A DNA stretch of 64,000 nucleotides. Origin: Octopus vulgaris (Eukaryota). This document shows, one piece after another, positions 26,102-38,484 of this stretch. Positions within the stretch are counted from its first letter, which is position 1. Each line of letters begins with the position of its first letter. The position numbers and the translations under genes are program-made. Location of the stretch: the NCBI GenBank assembly GCA_951406725.2, contig OX597834.1, positions 3,224,001-3,288,000 of the forward strand. Direction: 5' to 3'. The notes under the pieces were generated by a model. That model saw nothing but the letters and a program-made list of their open reading frames with translations. It searched no databases and was not told where the DNA came from.

Positions 26102-26240
26102 CAATAAAGATTCAAGTTAATTTAAATGAATTTACTTGAATATGGTACCTAACTTAGATGCACCAAAAAAACTATACTGTTTTAACAATACAGTAATGTG
26201 GGGTGATTATAAGCAAGAAAGAAGCAACAAGAATGGATAA

Positions 26241-26336
26241 GTATTTTAGTACAATCGTTTCATACAAGGACAGGCTTTATTAAAAGTTGTAAAAATACAG
26301 CATATAAACGTGTCCTGTACTCATCAGCTAAAATAC
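26241..26336 (-). ncRNA. Type I hammerhead ribozyme
   Basis: Minus strand: gtattttag-CTGATGA-gtacagga...tccttgtat-GAAAC-gatt-GTA^-ctaaaatac; perfect 9-bp stem I. Confidence 0.8.
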
Positions 26337-26533
26337 ATGTGAGTTCTCTAGACATCCTATTGGTTGAGGCTATACTCATGAAGTAGATAATTAAGTAACA
26401 TAAACAGATTTCCAAAGTTCATTAAAGTTCTTTAAAGATGATGTACAGTCTTATCACAGAATTTAAAAAAGTTTTAACAGTATCACAGAGAAGGTGACCT
26501 AATCCACAGTGCACATATGAATATCCAGAGATA

Positions 26534-26568
<35 letters not shown>

Positions 26569-26572
<4 letters not shown>

Positions 26573-26863
26573 AAATTAGAAAATGGAGAAACATACTTAA
26601 ATCAATCAAACATCAACCATCAGATGATACCCAATCAATACTTTATTACACCATTACATAACAGCAAAGGCATTATACAAAATATATTGTAAATATAATT
26701 ATTTTATATTTTATATTTCTTTTCCTTGTCTAATTATATTTACAATATATTTTGTATAATGCCTTTGCTGTTATGTAATGGTGTAATAAAGTATTGATTG
26801 GGTATCATCTGATGGTTGATGTTTGATTGATTTAAGTATGTTTCTCCATTTTCTAATTTTGTA
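26569..26863. repeat. Essentially perfect inverted repeat, ~133-bp arms and ~30-bp spacer
   Basis: tacaaaattagaaaatggagaaac...aaatataatta and its reverse complement; the same sequence occurs as a single arm at 17350. Confidence 0.9.
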
Positions 26864-27015
26864 TTATTAATTTACGGTAATATTTTTACCTTTGCCCACA
26901 TAATACAGTAGATGAATTAATTGCATGGCAATTTTTAACATTTATGTATTAGTCTTGTTGGGTACGTCTCTAGCAGTATATTGGATATATCTCACTTTAT
27001 AAGATATATCTCACT

Positions 27016-27046
<31 letters not shown>

Positions 27047-27161
27047 TGGCCTGCTCGCTTAGCCAGCGGGGTGGCGTCGTTCGAAGGCTAAAACAATGCG
27101 AACGCATTGTGACCAGCAATGTGTAGCAACATCTGATGGTCTGGTCTGTCACGTGATCACA

Positions 27162-27206
<45 letters not shown>

Positions 27207-27654
27207 AACAAACTTGTATATTGAAAATGTTTTCAATTAGACAGACAAACAGACACATACATACATACATGTATATACACACACATACATGGATGGATGG
27301 ATGGATGGATGGCTGGAAATACAGATAGAGATACAAATACACACACATATATAGATAGATGGGCAGACAGCCAGACAAAGACAGTCTGGCAGGCAGACAA
27401 ACAGGGGAAGAGAAAGAGGAGTGGTGTGAGAGTGAGGAAAGACAGACAAACAGACAGACAGAGAGTTTGGATTTGTTTTGCAAGAACTTCCATGTCTGTC
27501 TGTTTGTCCTTGTCAATCTCCTCAGAAACTGGGATGCATCCTGTTGTTAGGATTCAGGAGTGTCAGCTCACACACTGTTTAGTCCTGTTGTTTGATTTTC
27601 TCTTCACGGAGCCTCTGGCTGGGACCATGAGGGCCCAGGTTGCGCAACCACATA

Positions 27655-28044
27655 TCTTTATATATAAAAGTGAGGTTGTATGCTGTCTGTCTCCTACGAT
27701 TTAGATTCCTAACTACTCCCACATTTTGCGGTGCAGTTTAACCAAAACCGGGTATCTTATAGTCGTGATTCATATTGAGCCCTTCTGGGTATTAGCGCGC
27801 GTCTACGATTTTAAAAAAATTTACCATCATTTTTTTTCCATTTTAATGCATTTTTTCGCTATTATATAAGGGAAGTAACTCTCTAAAAATGTCTAAGATG
27901 AGTCAACGATTTAAAAAAAAATTTACCATCATTTTTTTTCCATTTTTAATGCATTTTTTTGCTATTTTTTGGCTATAACTCTCTAAAAATGCTCATATAG
28001 TTATTTCCCTTACAAACCCAAGCAACGCCGGGCGATACTGCTAG
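27655..28044 (+). mobile_element. Non-autonomous Helitron
   Basis: Starts TC after A, ends CTAG before T, subterminal hairpin ccc.agcaacgccggg; internal ~100-bp tandem duplication; unusually CpG-rich, suggesting a young copy. Confidence 0.8.
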
Positions 28045-29175
28045 TTTTATATAAACTAATTTTACTACTTAAAAATAAATTTCACTAATATATCCAATAT
28101 CCCAAATAAACATCAGTAAAGAAATAATATGTAAAGGCAACCATGAAGTTCCACTCCTCTTTTTCACTCTCACTGTGATTGTGCCTGGTTTAGTGGTTAG
28201 GGGTCATGGACTCATGATCGTAAGATTGTGATTTCAATTCCTGGACCAGGTGATGCATTGTGTTCTTAAGCAAGACACTTCATTTCATGTTGCTGCAGTC
28301 CACTCAGCTGGCACAAAGGAGTCATCCTGTGATGGACCGGTGTCCCATCCAGGTGGGGAATATATATATATGCCATTAAAACTGGGAAACCAGGAAACCG
28401 GCCCTCATGAGCCTGGAATGGCTCAAAAAGCAAACATTTATTTGTTTTTATTAACTCTTGTTACCTTAACCATTTAACATTTAAAACCAACCAAATCCAG
28501 TCCAAATATTTTGTTTTATGTTAAAACTGGCCAGATCCAACCTCTCACACCTATCCTACAATGTCATTCTAAAAATAAACAATTACATCACTGAAATCTC
28601 AAAGCTATGAGATAATTCAGGATTAATTTGAAATAATGGGACTAGATAAGCATTATATTACTCAAAGTAACCCGAGTACTAAAGGGTCAATAAAACGCAT
28701 CAATTGACCATGATCGACTCTTATATAAAAAGTCAAAATATATGGTCAGAGCAGATGAGGAGGAGGAGGTATCTTGCAATGATGGGGACTGACTGGGATT
28801 TGGCTCAACAGGTCAGCCTGGAGCACTCAGAGACAGACAGAGGAATGACGAAGGCAGCAATGCACTGCAATGGTGCATCATCCAAAACACTTGACCTGAT
28901 AAACACTATTATTAATTTTACCAGATTTTACCAGAAGTAAAATAAAATTCGGGCCTGGAATACATCTCTGAAGGAATTTGGATGTGTGTGTATGCGTGTC
29001 CTTCCATAGAACCTGAACAGTCTGGATACTTCTTCTGTTGAGATGCTTTTCCTCCCCCATGATGTTCTACTCTTAGGCGACCCTTGCCTTCTGTGCTTGG
29101 TCCTTCCTTTCCAGGACCTCCTCCTACTCTGTGCATGTATCTATATGTGTGTGTATCTTTGTGTGTTTATGTCTA

Positions 29176-29214
<39 letters not shown>

Positions 29215-29633
29215 ATGTATGTCCTTCTTCAACAAAATCTTGACCTCCAGGGTGTTCCTATAGCCGCTCCTTCCTCCTCATGGCATATCCTTTCTGGGGG
29301 TCCCCTCTCATGGCTAGTCCTTCCTCCCCAGAACCTCACCCTTCTGAAACTCCCTTTCATTGCTAACCCTTCCTCCTCATTATATACCCATTCTGAAATC
29401 CCCCATAATCGCCTCTATTGCGGAGGCCCTTCTCATGACTAGTTTTTTTTTCCTCAAAACCTCACCCCTTTCAAGATCACCTCCCTACCTATGTTTTTCA
29501 CTCAACCATTAACTTGCAGCTATTGACGAGGAACATTAACTGATTTGATATCACTGGTCTTGGAGGGCCTTTCAATGCTGTCGAAGGGTTCAGGCAAGAA
29601 AGGGCACAGATCCTTTTAGCAGCATCTTCATCT

Positions 29634-29765
29634 TTATAACGCTTCCCTGCCTATGGCTCGGGCCATTGATGCCACAGCAAATGCATTCCAACTCATAGGA
29701 ACCGCTTTTTCTGTCAATGGGGAGATGTCACAACTAGATGGGATTTTGAGGTAGATTAGCCAGTT
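29634..29765 (-). CDS. Candidate exon 2 of the small secreted glycoprotein gene
   Basis: Long polypyrimidine tract plus ttgcag acceptor at 29766-29771; only the phase-0 frame is open (NWLIYLKIPSSCDISP...GREAL*), matching the upstream phase-0 donor. Confidence 0.5.
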   Translation of the reverse strand, partial: NWLIYLKIPSSCDISPLTEKAVPMSWNAFAVASMARAIGREAL

Positions 29766-30140
29766 CTGCAAGGGAGGAGGAGGAGGAGGAGGAGGAGGAG
29801 GAGAAGAGAAGAAGAAGAAGAAGAAGAAGAAGAAGAAGAAGAAGAAGAAGAAGAAGAAGAGGAAGGTGATTATCAAACTCTCCCCCAACACACATACTTG
29901 ACTACTAAAAAATATTTTATTGACCCCATCCCACCCCCTGTCCATTCCCCCATCCTTAACAAGAAAGATGAAACACTAAGTTGACCATTGACCTTAAACT
30001 GCAAAAAAATGAAAAAGCTGGAGCAATCCCCCACAAGATATTTATATCCTAACTCTTAAACATCTTTCCTCCTGGGGCCAAGACATTGCAATAAAAAAAA
30101 AGCAAAAATCAAGCTAATAAACAGTGAAATGGTCACTTAC

Positions 30141-30359
30141 CGTCATGACTGTGGTTACTGATCCATTTGTTGCTGCCAAAGTAGTATTTGCCACTGTGGT
30201 CGTTACTATACTGACCGTTGTCGTAATATTTGTGCTGTTGGTGGCATCAACGGTGGCATTGGTGGTGGAGTTAGTTTGAACAGCCGAAGCAGCTAAATCC
30301 AAGTTCACTACTGCCCATATCATTAAACCAAGGACCACAACACAGAATTTGCAAGCCAT
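30141..30359 (-). CDS. Candidate first coding exon: signal peptide plus Thr/Asn-rich mucin-like segment
   Basis: aaaATGG context; MACKFCVVVLGLMIWAVV...; six N-X-S/T sequons; non-repetitive codons; ends at G|GTAAGT donor (30140-30135) after exactly 73 codons. Confidence 0.7.
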
Positions 30360-30878
30360 TTTCTCTTGTTTAAAACTTTGAATATATAGAGAGAGGGAGA
30401 GAGCGAGCGATACAGAGAGATAGATGTGTGTGTAGATAGAGAGATTGATCAATAGATATTCCTATGTAAGTTGTTGAAAAATTGGGCTCTCAAAGTTGCT
30501 TTGTTTTTGTTCTTGGTTTTTCTGTATAAACTTGTATATAACTATATATAAATATATAACTAGATAGATAGAGAGAGAGAGACACACAGAGAGACAGAGA
30601 TAGACAGATGTGGTTGTGTGTTAGTGAATTCCTGGAGGTAACAAAGGTGAACCTGTGATGTAGGATACTTGTAAGCAAAGATCTCACAATAATTTACTCA
30701 CACCACTACCACTACTACTACTGCCCCTACTGCTGCTGCTGCTGCTGCTGTCCCTGCTACAGATGGCTCTGTAGTTATTAGTGTTGTTCTTGTTGTTGTA
30801 ACAGCTTGCAAGAAACAATGATAGGAAGGAAGTTATGGAGGTGTGGGGGGATTGGTAACTACAAGCACAACAATCAAT

Positions 30879-31394
30879 TCTCTCTCTCTCTCTCTCCCAC
30901 TCTCTTTCTTTCTCTCCCTCCCTCTCTCTCTCTCTGACGCTATCTCTATCTGTTACTCTCTCTCTTTCTTCTCTCTCCTTCTTTCTTCTCTCTCCTTCTT
31001 TCTCTCTATGTTACTATCTCTGTGTCTCTCTCTTTCTCTCTCTCCTTCATTCTCTCCCTTTCTGTCTCCTCCCTCTCTCTCTCCCACTCTCTTTCTTTCT
31101 CTCCCTCCCTCTCTCTCTCTCCCTCTTTCTCTCTCTGTCGCTATCTCTATCTGTTACTCTCTCTCTTTCTTCTCTCTCCCGCTTTCTCTCTATGTCAGTA
31201 TCTCAGTGTCTCTCTCCCTTTCTATCTCCTCCCTCTCTCTCTCTCTTCCTCTTTCTCTCTCTGTCGCTATCTCTATCTGTTACTCTCTCTCCCTCTTTCT
31301 CTCTATGTCACTATCTCTGTGTCTCTCTCTTTCTCTCTCTCCTTCATTCTCCCCCTTTCTGTCTCCTCCCTCTCTCTCTCTCTCTCTCTCTCTC
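30879..31394 (+). repeat. About 515-bp CT-rich tract with higher-order repeat units
   Basis: Almost pure pyrimidine strand; cgctatctctatctgttactctctc occurs three times. Confidence 0.9.
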
Positions 31395-31519
31395 GTGTGA
31401 CTTTGTGGATAGGTGCAGGTTAAGCACCTATATATATAGGTGACACACAATGGGACTGAACTCAGAACCATGTGGTTGGGAGGCAAGCTTCTTACCACAC
31501 ATCCACACCTGTGACTCAT

Positions 31520-31790
31520 GCGTAAGCTTGCAAGAAACGAAGCCACAAGGCTCCTCTGGATGTGCGACACCAGTGTGCACACACGGCAGAGTGTAAATGC
31601 CTCGAGAGTAAAGAAGCATCGGATGTGGTGTGCAAGAGAGACGACTGCAGTTGGTATGGTCGTGCGTTGAGTATGGATGAGGAGAACTGTGTGAAAAAGT
31701 GCTGCACCCTAGCGGTTGAGGGAACCTGTGGAAGAGGTAGACCCAGGAAGATGTTGGATGAGGTGGTGGAGTACAACAACCTTCAAAATC
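31520..31790 (+). mobile_element. RTE-type LINE 3' coding fragment
   Basis: [33 protein letters not shown]. Confidence 0.7.
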
Positions 31791-31933
31791 CGAATCGATG
31801 ATGCAAAGTTGTCGAAGGCGAAGAAATTGAGAGAAAAGTATGGGTGATTTAATGTGTTTGGGATGAGGGGAAGGGTAGTGGAGGTAGGTGTGGGAATCGG
31901 CAGGTTTAAAGTAGACAGAGATGTATATATATG

Positions 31934-31982
<49 letters not shown>

Positions 31983-32005
31983 TTGTATACATATGTGTAT
32001 ATATG

Positions 32006-32071
<66 letters not shown>

Positions 32072-32095
32072 TTTATGTATATGTATGTATATATA

Positions 32096-32139
<44 letters not shown>

Positions 32140-33199
32140 CCCTGGCTATTGATTTTAGTTTTCTGTACCTTTTACACCAGCTTCAATCTGGACTTAATCT
32201 TTTCAATCACCATACTGGTCTACCTCCATTTATAGTGGACCCTATTAGTCCTACCCACTTAGGAACAACACACCCACCCACCCTAGTAGAACATAACTTG
32301 AATTTAATAACTTACTATTAACTGATCCCCTCTCTAGATTGTATAGGTCTGTATTTGGGCCCTGCAGTAGAGCTATTATCACCCTTAGGCTTATTGTGTG
32401 TGAATGGAAGTGAAATTTTGTGGTGGACCCAGTTTGGCTTCACCCATGCAAGGGTTAAAACAATGATAGGTTTAGTAATATGAACACTCTAATATTAATT
32501 GTAATATAATATATATTAAGTAAGATTTAGTAAACTGTGGTAGGATCCGCTGTTTGTAATTAGCAATTGATTTAACTGGTAATCATTTAAATATGTGAAA
32601 ATTAAACTAGAAATATATATAATAACCTAAATACATCAAAGTAAATAAGAATTGTAATAAAAATTGAAGTCCTTACAACTAAATAAGTAAATATATTGAT
32701 TTGGATTCCTGCTCATATCTATATTTTTTATTTTCTTCTTTTCACAAGTGAGCAGAGTGAGCAAAAAACGATCTAAATTCAATTAAGGAGGAATGGTAGT
32801 ATGACTTAGTTCCTCAAAGATCCAACAAGCCATTGTCCACTATGGTCATAGTTTAACCTCAAGCTGATTTTAGAAAGGAATCCGAAGAACACACATGTTG
32901 ACACACACAAATACACGAACAGATGCTGCTATTTCAGTGTGAAAGCAACTCTCCATCTATTAGGATGTGAATGAAGATTTGTCAATCTTTTGCCCTGAAG
33001 AGATTTTTACCTTTTAAATGCATAATGCTATCTTACTTGCAAAATATGAATAAACGTAAGAAAATTGAAACATACATAGTGAATGCTTGAATGTTGTCAG
33101 GTCAGAAGAGGGAACAGATGAAGCATGCCTAAAAGACGAACATCACAACAACCTCCCTCTTCTTTTCAGGTACTGAATAACATCTCCCCTCCCCAAACC

Positions 33200-34345
33200 T
33201 CACCCCACATTCCCTTCTCAGTTTTCAGAGTTGGCACTGTCAATGTTGGTACAATGGAAGGTAGGTGTAGTGAGATTGTAGGGATGCTTGAAAGGAGACA
33301 GGTTGATTTATGCTGTATACAAGAGGTAAGATGGAGAGGAGCTTCAGCTAGGGTCCTCACAGGTAAGGTACATAGGTATAAAGTCTTCTGGCAAGGTAAC
33401 ATGGATGGTGTATGGGGTGTAGGCATACTCCTTGTGGAGAAATGGGTGAATAAAGTCATAGAGGTTGTCAGGGTATGTGATAGAGTGCTTAAGCTCAGGC
33501 TAATCCTGCAGAACAGCACTGCTACAATTATCTCTGCCTACGCCCCACATGCGGGGCTACCAAATGATCAGAAGGACCACTTTTATGATACCCTTCTACA
33601 GGCTACCTTAAAGATGAGTGGCAATGACCTCATCTTTGTGGCTGGAGACTTTAATGGGCATATTGGGCAGTAATCTGGTATCTTCACTGGGGTACACGGT
33701 GGCCATGATATTGGCACCAGAAACGATGAGGGAACTAGGCTACTGGAGTTCTGTGATGCATGTAACTTTTTAATCTGCAACACTAACTTCAGACAGCCAC
33801 CTGTTAACCTATCAATTAAGGGACTCTGTAAGCCAGATTGATTTCATCCTCACCAGACAGCAGGACGCAGGATTGCTCTTAAATACAAAGACCCTCCTTG
33901 GTGAAGAATGTACCCCACCCCACCCCACCCACCCAGCATAGGCTAGTCATTAGTGACTTTGGGCTCGAGGCCAGAAGGATACCAAGAAGCAGACCAATCT
34001 AGAAAAGAAGGATTTGGAAGATAAAGAACTCTTCACATGGTCAGAGATTTAGGGACATCCTCATCAAGAGATTTGATGAGAGGGAGGAGGAGCTACAGAC
34101 ATTGGACATAGAAGGTAGCTGAAAATTCCTATGGGACAGCTTGCTGAGTGCCACAGACCAAATCTGCAGATGCTGCAAAGTCCCTTCAAGGCCTAGAGTT
34201 ACGTGGTGGTGGAATAGTATGGTAGACAAAGCCATTAGAGCAAAGAAACAGGCCTGGAAGGGTGGGGGTAGCAGGGGACTGTACCAGGTTGCCAAAAGGG
34301 CACCATGTATACATAGCCAAGGGCAAAGTGGAAAAGAAGAAACTT
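33200..34345 (+). mobile_element. Decayed RTE-type LINE, APE endonuclease region
   Basis: GTVNVGTM...DLCCIQEVRW...ISAYAPH...AGDFNGHIG, then stops/frameshifts, QIDFIL, HRLVISDF and TWWWN. Confidence 0.9.
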
Positions 34346-35254
34346 GCTAATGCCCAGTGAGTGGTTGGTGTTAGGAAGGGCATCCAGCTGTAGAAACACT
34401 GCCAGGTCAGACTAGAGCCTTGTACAGCCTCCTGGCTTTCCAGACCCCAGTCGAACCGTCCAACCCATGAAAGCATGGAAAACGGACGTTAAATGATGAT
34501 GATGGTGATGATGGGCAATATGAAATTGACTTTTATAGAGATAAATTGATTTTTTGTGTGTTTAAACTCTCCATTTTCTGTTTGTGATTAAAATTTTGTT
34601 CTCTTAATCAAAAGATGAAAACATTTATAATGACAAGTGGAACTTCAAAAGTGTCAACCCTAATCCTAACAGAAATTAATGAAATCCAAAGTATATTAAT
34701 ACGGGGATAAACTGGGGTTCACTTGGATAAAATACCTCGCTTTGAATGAGGAACCTTTTTCTATTCAAAACTTATATACACACACACACATACATACATA
34801 GTGTACAGAACCCATATCATTGGCAGGTTGTGAAAGGGGAGATTAAGTTTCTCCTTTTGTCTGTAGACTGGGGTGGCACCTTAGGCAGCTCTTAACAACC
34901 CCTTAGCCTTCTATACCAAGGATACAGAGAAGATGTCTGTTGCAGGACATTGGATAACTGACAAAGCAGAAGGATCCTAGACCAATCGGTTGAAGGTTAT
35001 TGCAGCCAAACGGAAGATCTGTACCATCGGACAATGGTTGGGTATCAACCAGCGAGTGAGCTGCTACAAGCTCATTGCACCCTTGTACACCATTGGGTAT
35101 TTAGCACCGAGGCCCAGGGAGGCAGTTTGTGATGGTGGTGGTGGTGGCGTTCATGCCAATTGTCTTACTGTTCAAAGGTGTTTTGTTCAGAGAATTTCTA
35201 AACAGGACAACGGTGAAGTCTTTCTGAAGATAACAGTAAGAGTACATACGTGAG

Positions 35255-35293
<39 letters not shown>

Positions 35294-35867
35294 AATGACC
35301 CTCCCACTTGTTTATGGGGAGATGGATCGGTTTCTTTTTCTCTCCCAAACTGATACAGTAGTGACCTCCTTCAAAGCAAAACTTATTTTACATTGACAAA
35401 CATCAACAGACAAGAGATAAGCCACAAATATGGCCTGAATATATGTGTGTGTGTGTTTATGGATGTATGTATATTATATATAAAGAGATATATAAATATA
35501 AACATATATATGTATGTGCATATATGTGTGTGTTTGTGTGTGTATGTATGTGTTTGTGATGAGTACATGTGTGTGTTTTCATGTGTATGTATATGTGTGT
35601 TTTTGTTTTATGTAATTGTATCATCATCATCATCATCACCTCCACATATATATTTCTAAATATATGAACATGTTTAGACATAAGTTTCATTGGTTAAGTG
35701 ATAAAAATCCATGCGTGCGCGCGTGTGTGTGTGTGTGTTAGAGTGGGTGTTCCTCTATATGTGTGGATGTGTGGATGTATACACGTGTATTTCTAAGTTT
35801 ATACTTGTGTATATATGCATATGTGAGTGTTTGTGTATGAGTGTGTGTATCTTTTATCTTTTACTTG

Positions 35868-36222
35868 TTACCTCCGCCAAGGAAGGAGGTCATGTTTTCA
35901 TCGACATTGGCTTGTCTGTCTGTGTGCAAAATAACTCAAAAAGTTGCAAACGGTATTTGATGAAACTTGCAGGAACATTTGGTAATGACACAAGGAACAG
36001 ATGATGAAATTTTTATGGATTCTTGAAGGATTTTTCATTTGTTATATTTACTATACATGAAGTATTACAATGTTACGTTCCTTGATTATCTCCCTGGAAA
36101 ACACATTCATCGTTTCCACATAACCTATGGTGGCGTTGCTGTTTCCTAAGTTTATTTTCGTTTCTCTATTAGTAATTTTACTCTCATATTTATTTTAAAA
36201 TGAGCTGCTTGGCGGAGGTCTG
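35868..36222 (+). mobile_element. Helentron/Helitron-type non-autonomous element with subterminal inverted repeats
   Basis: acctccgccaag ... cttggcggaggt; a second 3' end cttggtggaggtgtgcgctctccgagtgcttttctagt at 37136-37173. Confidence 0.6.
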
Positions 36223-36314
36223 CAGAGGATGACATGACAAGCCTTGACCATTGGGATCGACTCTAAAATCTCAGTCTTTGCTCCCTTCACCACCGCTGTG
36301 AGCTCTATATCATC

Positions 36315-36600
36315 TGTATGATGTGGAAAATATTCCATCAACATTGCCCATTGTTAAAATTCGTCCGAGGCTTGGCCCCTGTGCTATCCATCCACTACAG
36401 AAATGTTTGTGTTGTATCACAACACTATGACAGAACTGTTTCACCTCAAAAGGAGGAACATGACTTCACAGCATTCAAACGATCCCTAGATGATTACCCC
36501 CAGATAAACCACCCACACCCAGAAATGTCTCTGAAAACAATAACCCTCTGCTTGAATGGGCTACGGTTCCCCAGAGCTGACTGTGTATCTCTTCCAGGTG
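36315..36600 (+). mobile_element. Old LINE (CR1/L2-like) 3' coding remnant
   Basis: MWKIFHQHCP...FTAFKRSLDDY resembles LINE ORF2 C-termini. Confidence 0.4.
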
Positions 36601-38079
36601 GTGCTATTAAATTAGACATGGCCTGAGTCAACTTCAGCCGAAACTTATCTAAGTAGTCTAATATATGCTGTAACCTTTTAATCAAAGCATGACAATGTGG
36701 GTAGAGGCTGATATCTTATCATTTCTGATAGTCTTAAATATTAAAAAAATTATCAAAGATTTATATAGAACTACATTGAGAGTATGTCCATAAGCTATTG
36801 TGTTTAGACCTGGTTTCTATCCTCAAACTGTTCCATTTTGTAGATGCAATTTTTTTTTTTAATAAAGCACTCCAAAGTTAGAAAAATCAAAAATCTGCAA
36901 CAATCTCGGTCCCATGAGTATCGGATAATGGATTTTCAACTGTGTAAAGAAACTGATTGTGGTGATCGTAGTTTTGACGGTGATTGTGGTGAAAGCAGAG
37001 ACAGTGTTGATGATGACGATGGTTGAGATAAGTATGGGAGGAGGATAAAAGAGTATCTCTGTTATGTTTTTGCTGTCGTTGGTTTGGGAAATTGGGCGAT
37101 TTTCAGCATGCATGTATACGAGTGGAAATGAGCTGCTTGGTGGAGGTGTGCGCTCTCCGAGTGCTTTTCTAGTTTCAGTCATTGAACTGTGCCCATGCTG
37201 GGGCCCAACTTTCAAGAGTTCTGTCAAACAAATCAACCCTAGGACTCATTCTTAAACCTGGTATTTATTCTGTCAATTTCTTGTGCAGAACTGCTCAGTT
37301 ATGGGGATGTAAACAAACTACCACCAGTTTTAAACAGTTGTGGGGGACAAACAAAAACCATACATACACACACACACACAATGAGCTTCCCCACAGTTTC
37401 CATTGATGAGATTCACTCAAAAGGGCATTGGTCAGGCTGGGGCTATGGCAACAAGCATTTGCTCAAGGTTCTGCGCATTGGCATTGAACCCAAAACTGCA
37501 TGCTTGCAAAGTGACCTTGTTAACCACAGCCTGTCTGTGTGATTGTTGCCAAATGAGCAGAGGGAGAATAGATGAGTGATTAAAAAGGTTAACAAGTGCA
37601 TTTCACAACGATGAGGGCCCAGGTTCAATACCATAGCAGGATATCTTGAACAAGTGTTACCTTTGGTGACACTTGGTCGCAGGTCGATGCCAAGTCACAG
37701 TTGATTGCAGGTCAATGCCAAGTCTTTGAAATGAAATATGGCCAAATTTGCTGACCTGGCTCTCCATCACGACAATAAGTATTCCGGGTGATTTGATCTG
37801 AGTGACAGTCTGCTCACGAATTTAAAGTGCATGTGGCTGAGCACTCCACAGACATGTGTACCCTTGACGGAGTTCTCAGGGGGATTCAGCGTGACACAGA
37901 ATGTGACAAGGTTGACCCCTGTGTAATTGCAGCTGAGTGGACTGGAGCAATGTGAAATAAAGAGTCTTGCTCAAGGATATGACACATGCTGCCAGGAACC
38001 AAACTCCCAACCTTATTCTCAACTAGAAATCCATCCTTCAAACAAAAAAAAAATGATAAATATAATGTGATTATCATCA

Positions 38080-38241
38080 GTGGTTGTGTGGTAAGTAGCT
38101 TGCTAACCAACCACATGGTTGCAGGTTCAGTCCCACTGCGTGGCATCTTGGGCAAGTGTCTTCTGCTATAGCCCCGGGCCGACCAATGCCTTGTGAGTGG
38201 ATTTGGTAGACGGAAACTGAAAGAAGTCTGTCGTATGTATG

Positions 38242-38272
<31 letters not shown>

Positions 38273-38484
38273 TTGTGTGTCTGTGTTTGTCCCCCTAGCA
38301 TTACTTGACGACCGATGCTGGTGTGTCTACGTCCCCGCCACTTAGCGGTTCGGCAAAAGAGACCGATAGAATAAGTACTGGGCTTACAAAGAATAAGTTC
38401 CGGGATCGATTTGATCGACTAAAGGCGGTGCTCCAGCATGGCCGCAGTCAAATGACTGAAACAAGTAAAAGAGTAAAAGAGAGA
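38080..38484 (+). mobile_element. Full-length tRNA-type SINE (family E, internal (TA)/(TG) tract, gagtaaaa tail)
   Basis: Near-identical copies at 55620-55981 (-) and 56267-56682 (+); partial copies at 8555-8710, 17070-17340, 18366-18510, 22200-22475 and 37170-37535. Confidence 0.9.

Noticed and set aside
30700-30830. Minus-strand frame VTTTRTTLITTEPSVAGTAAAAAAVGAVVVVVV resembling a stalk plus TM helix
   Set aside because: Built largely from (GCA)n/(GTA)n repeats, no start codon, and upstream of the signal-peptide exon; could at most be a UTR exon
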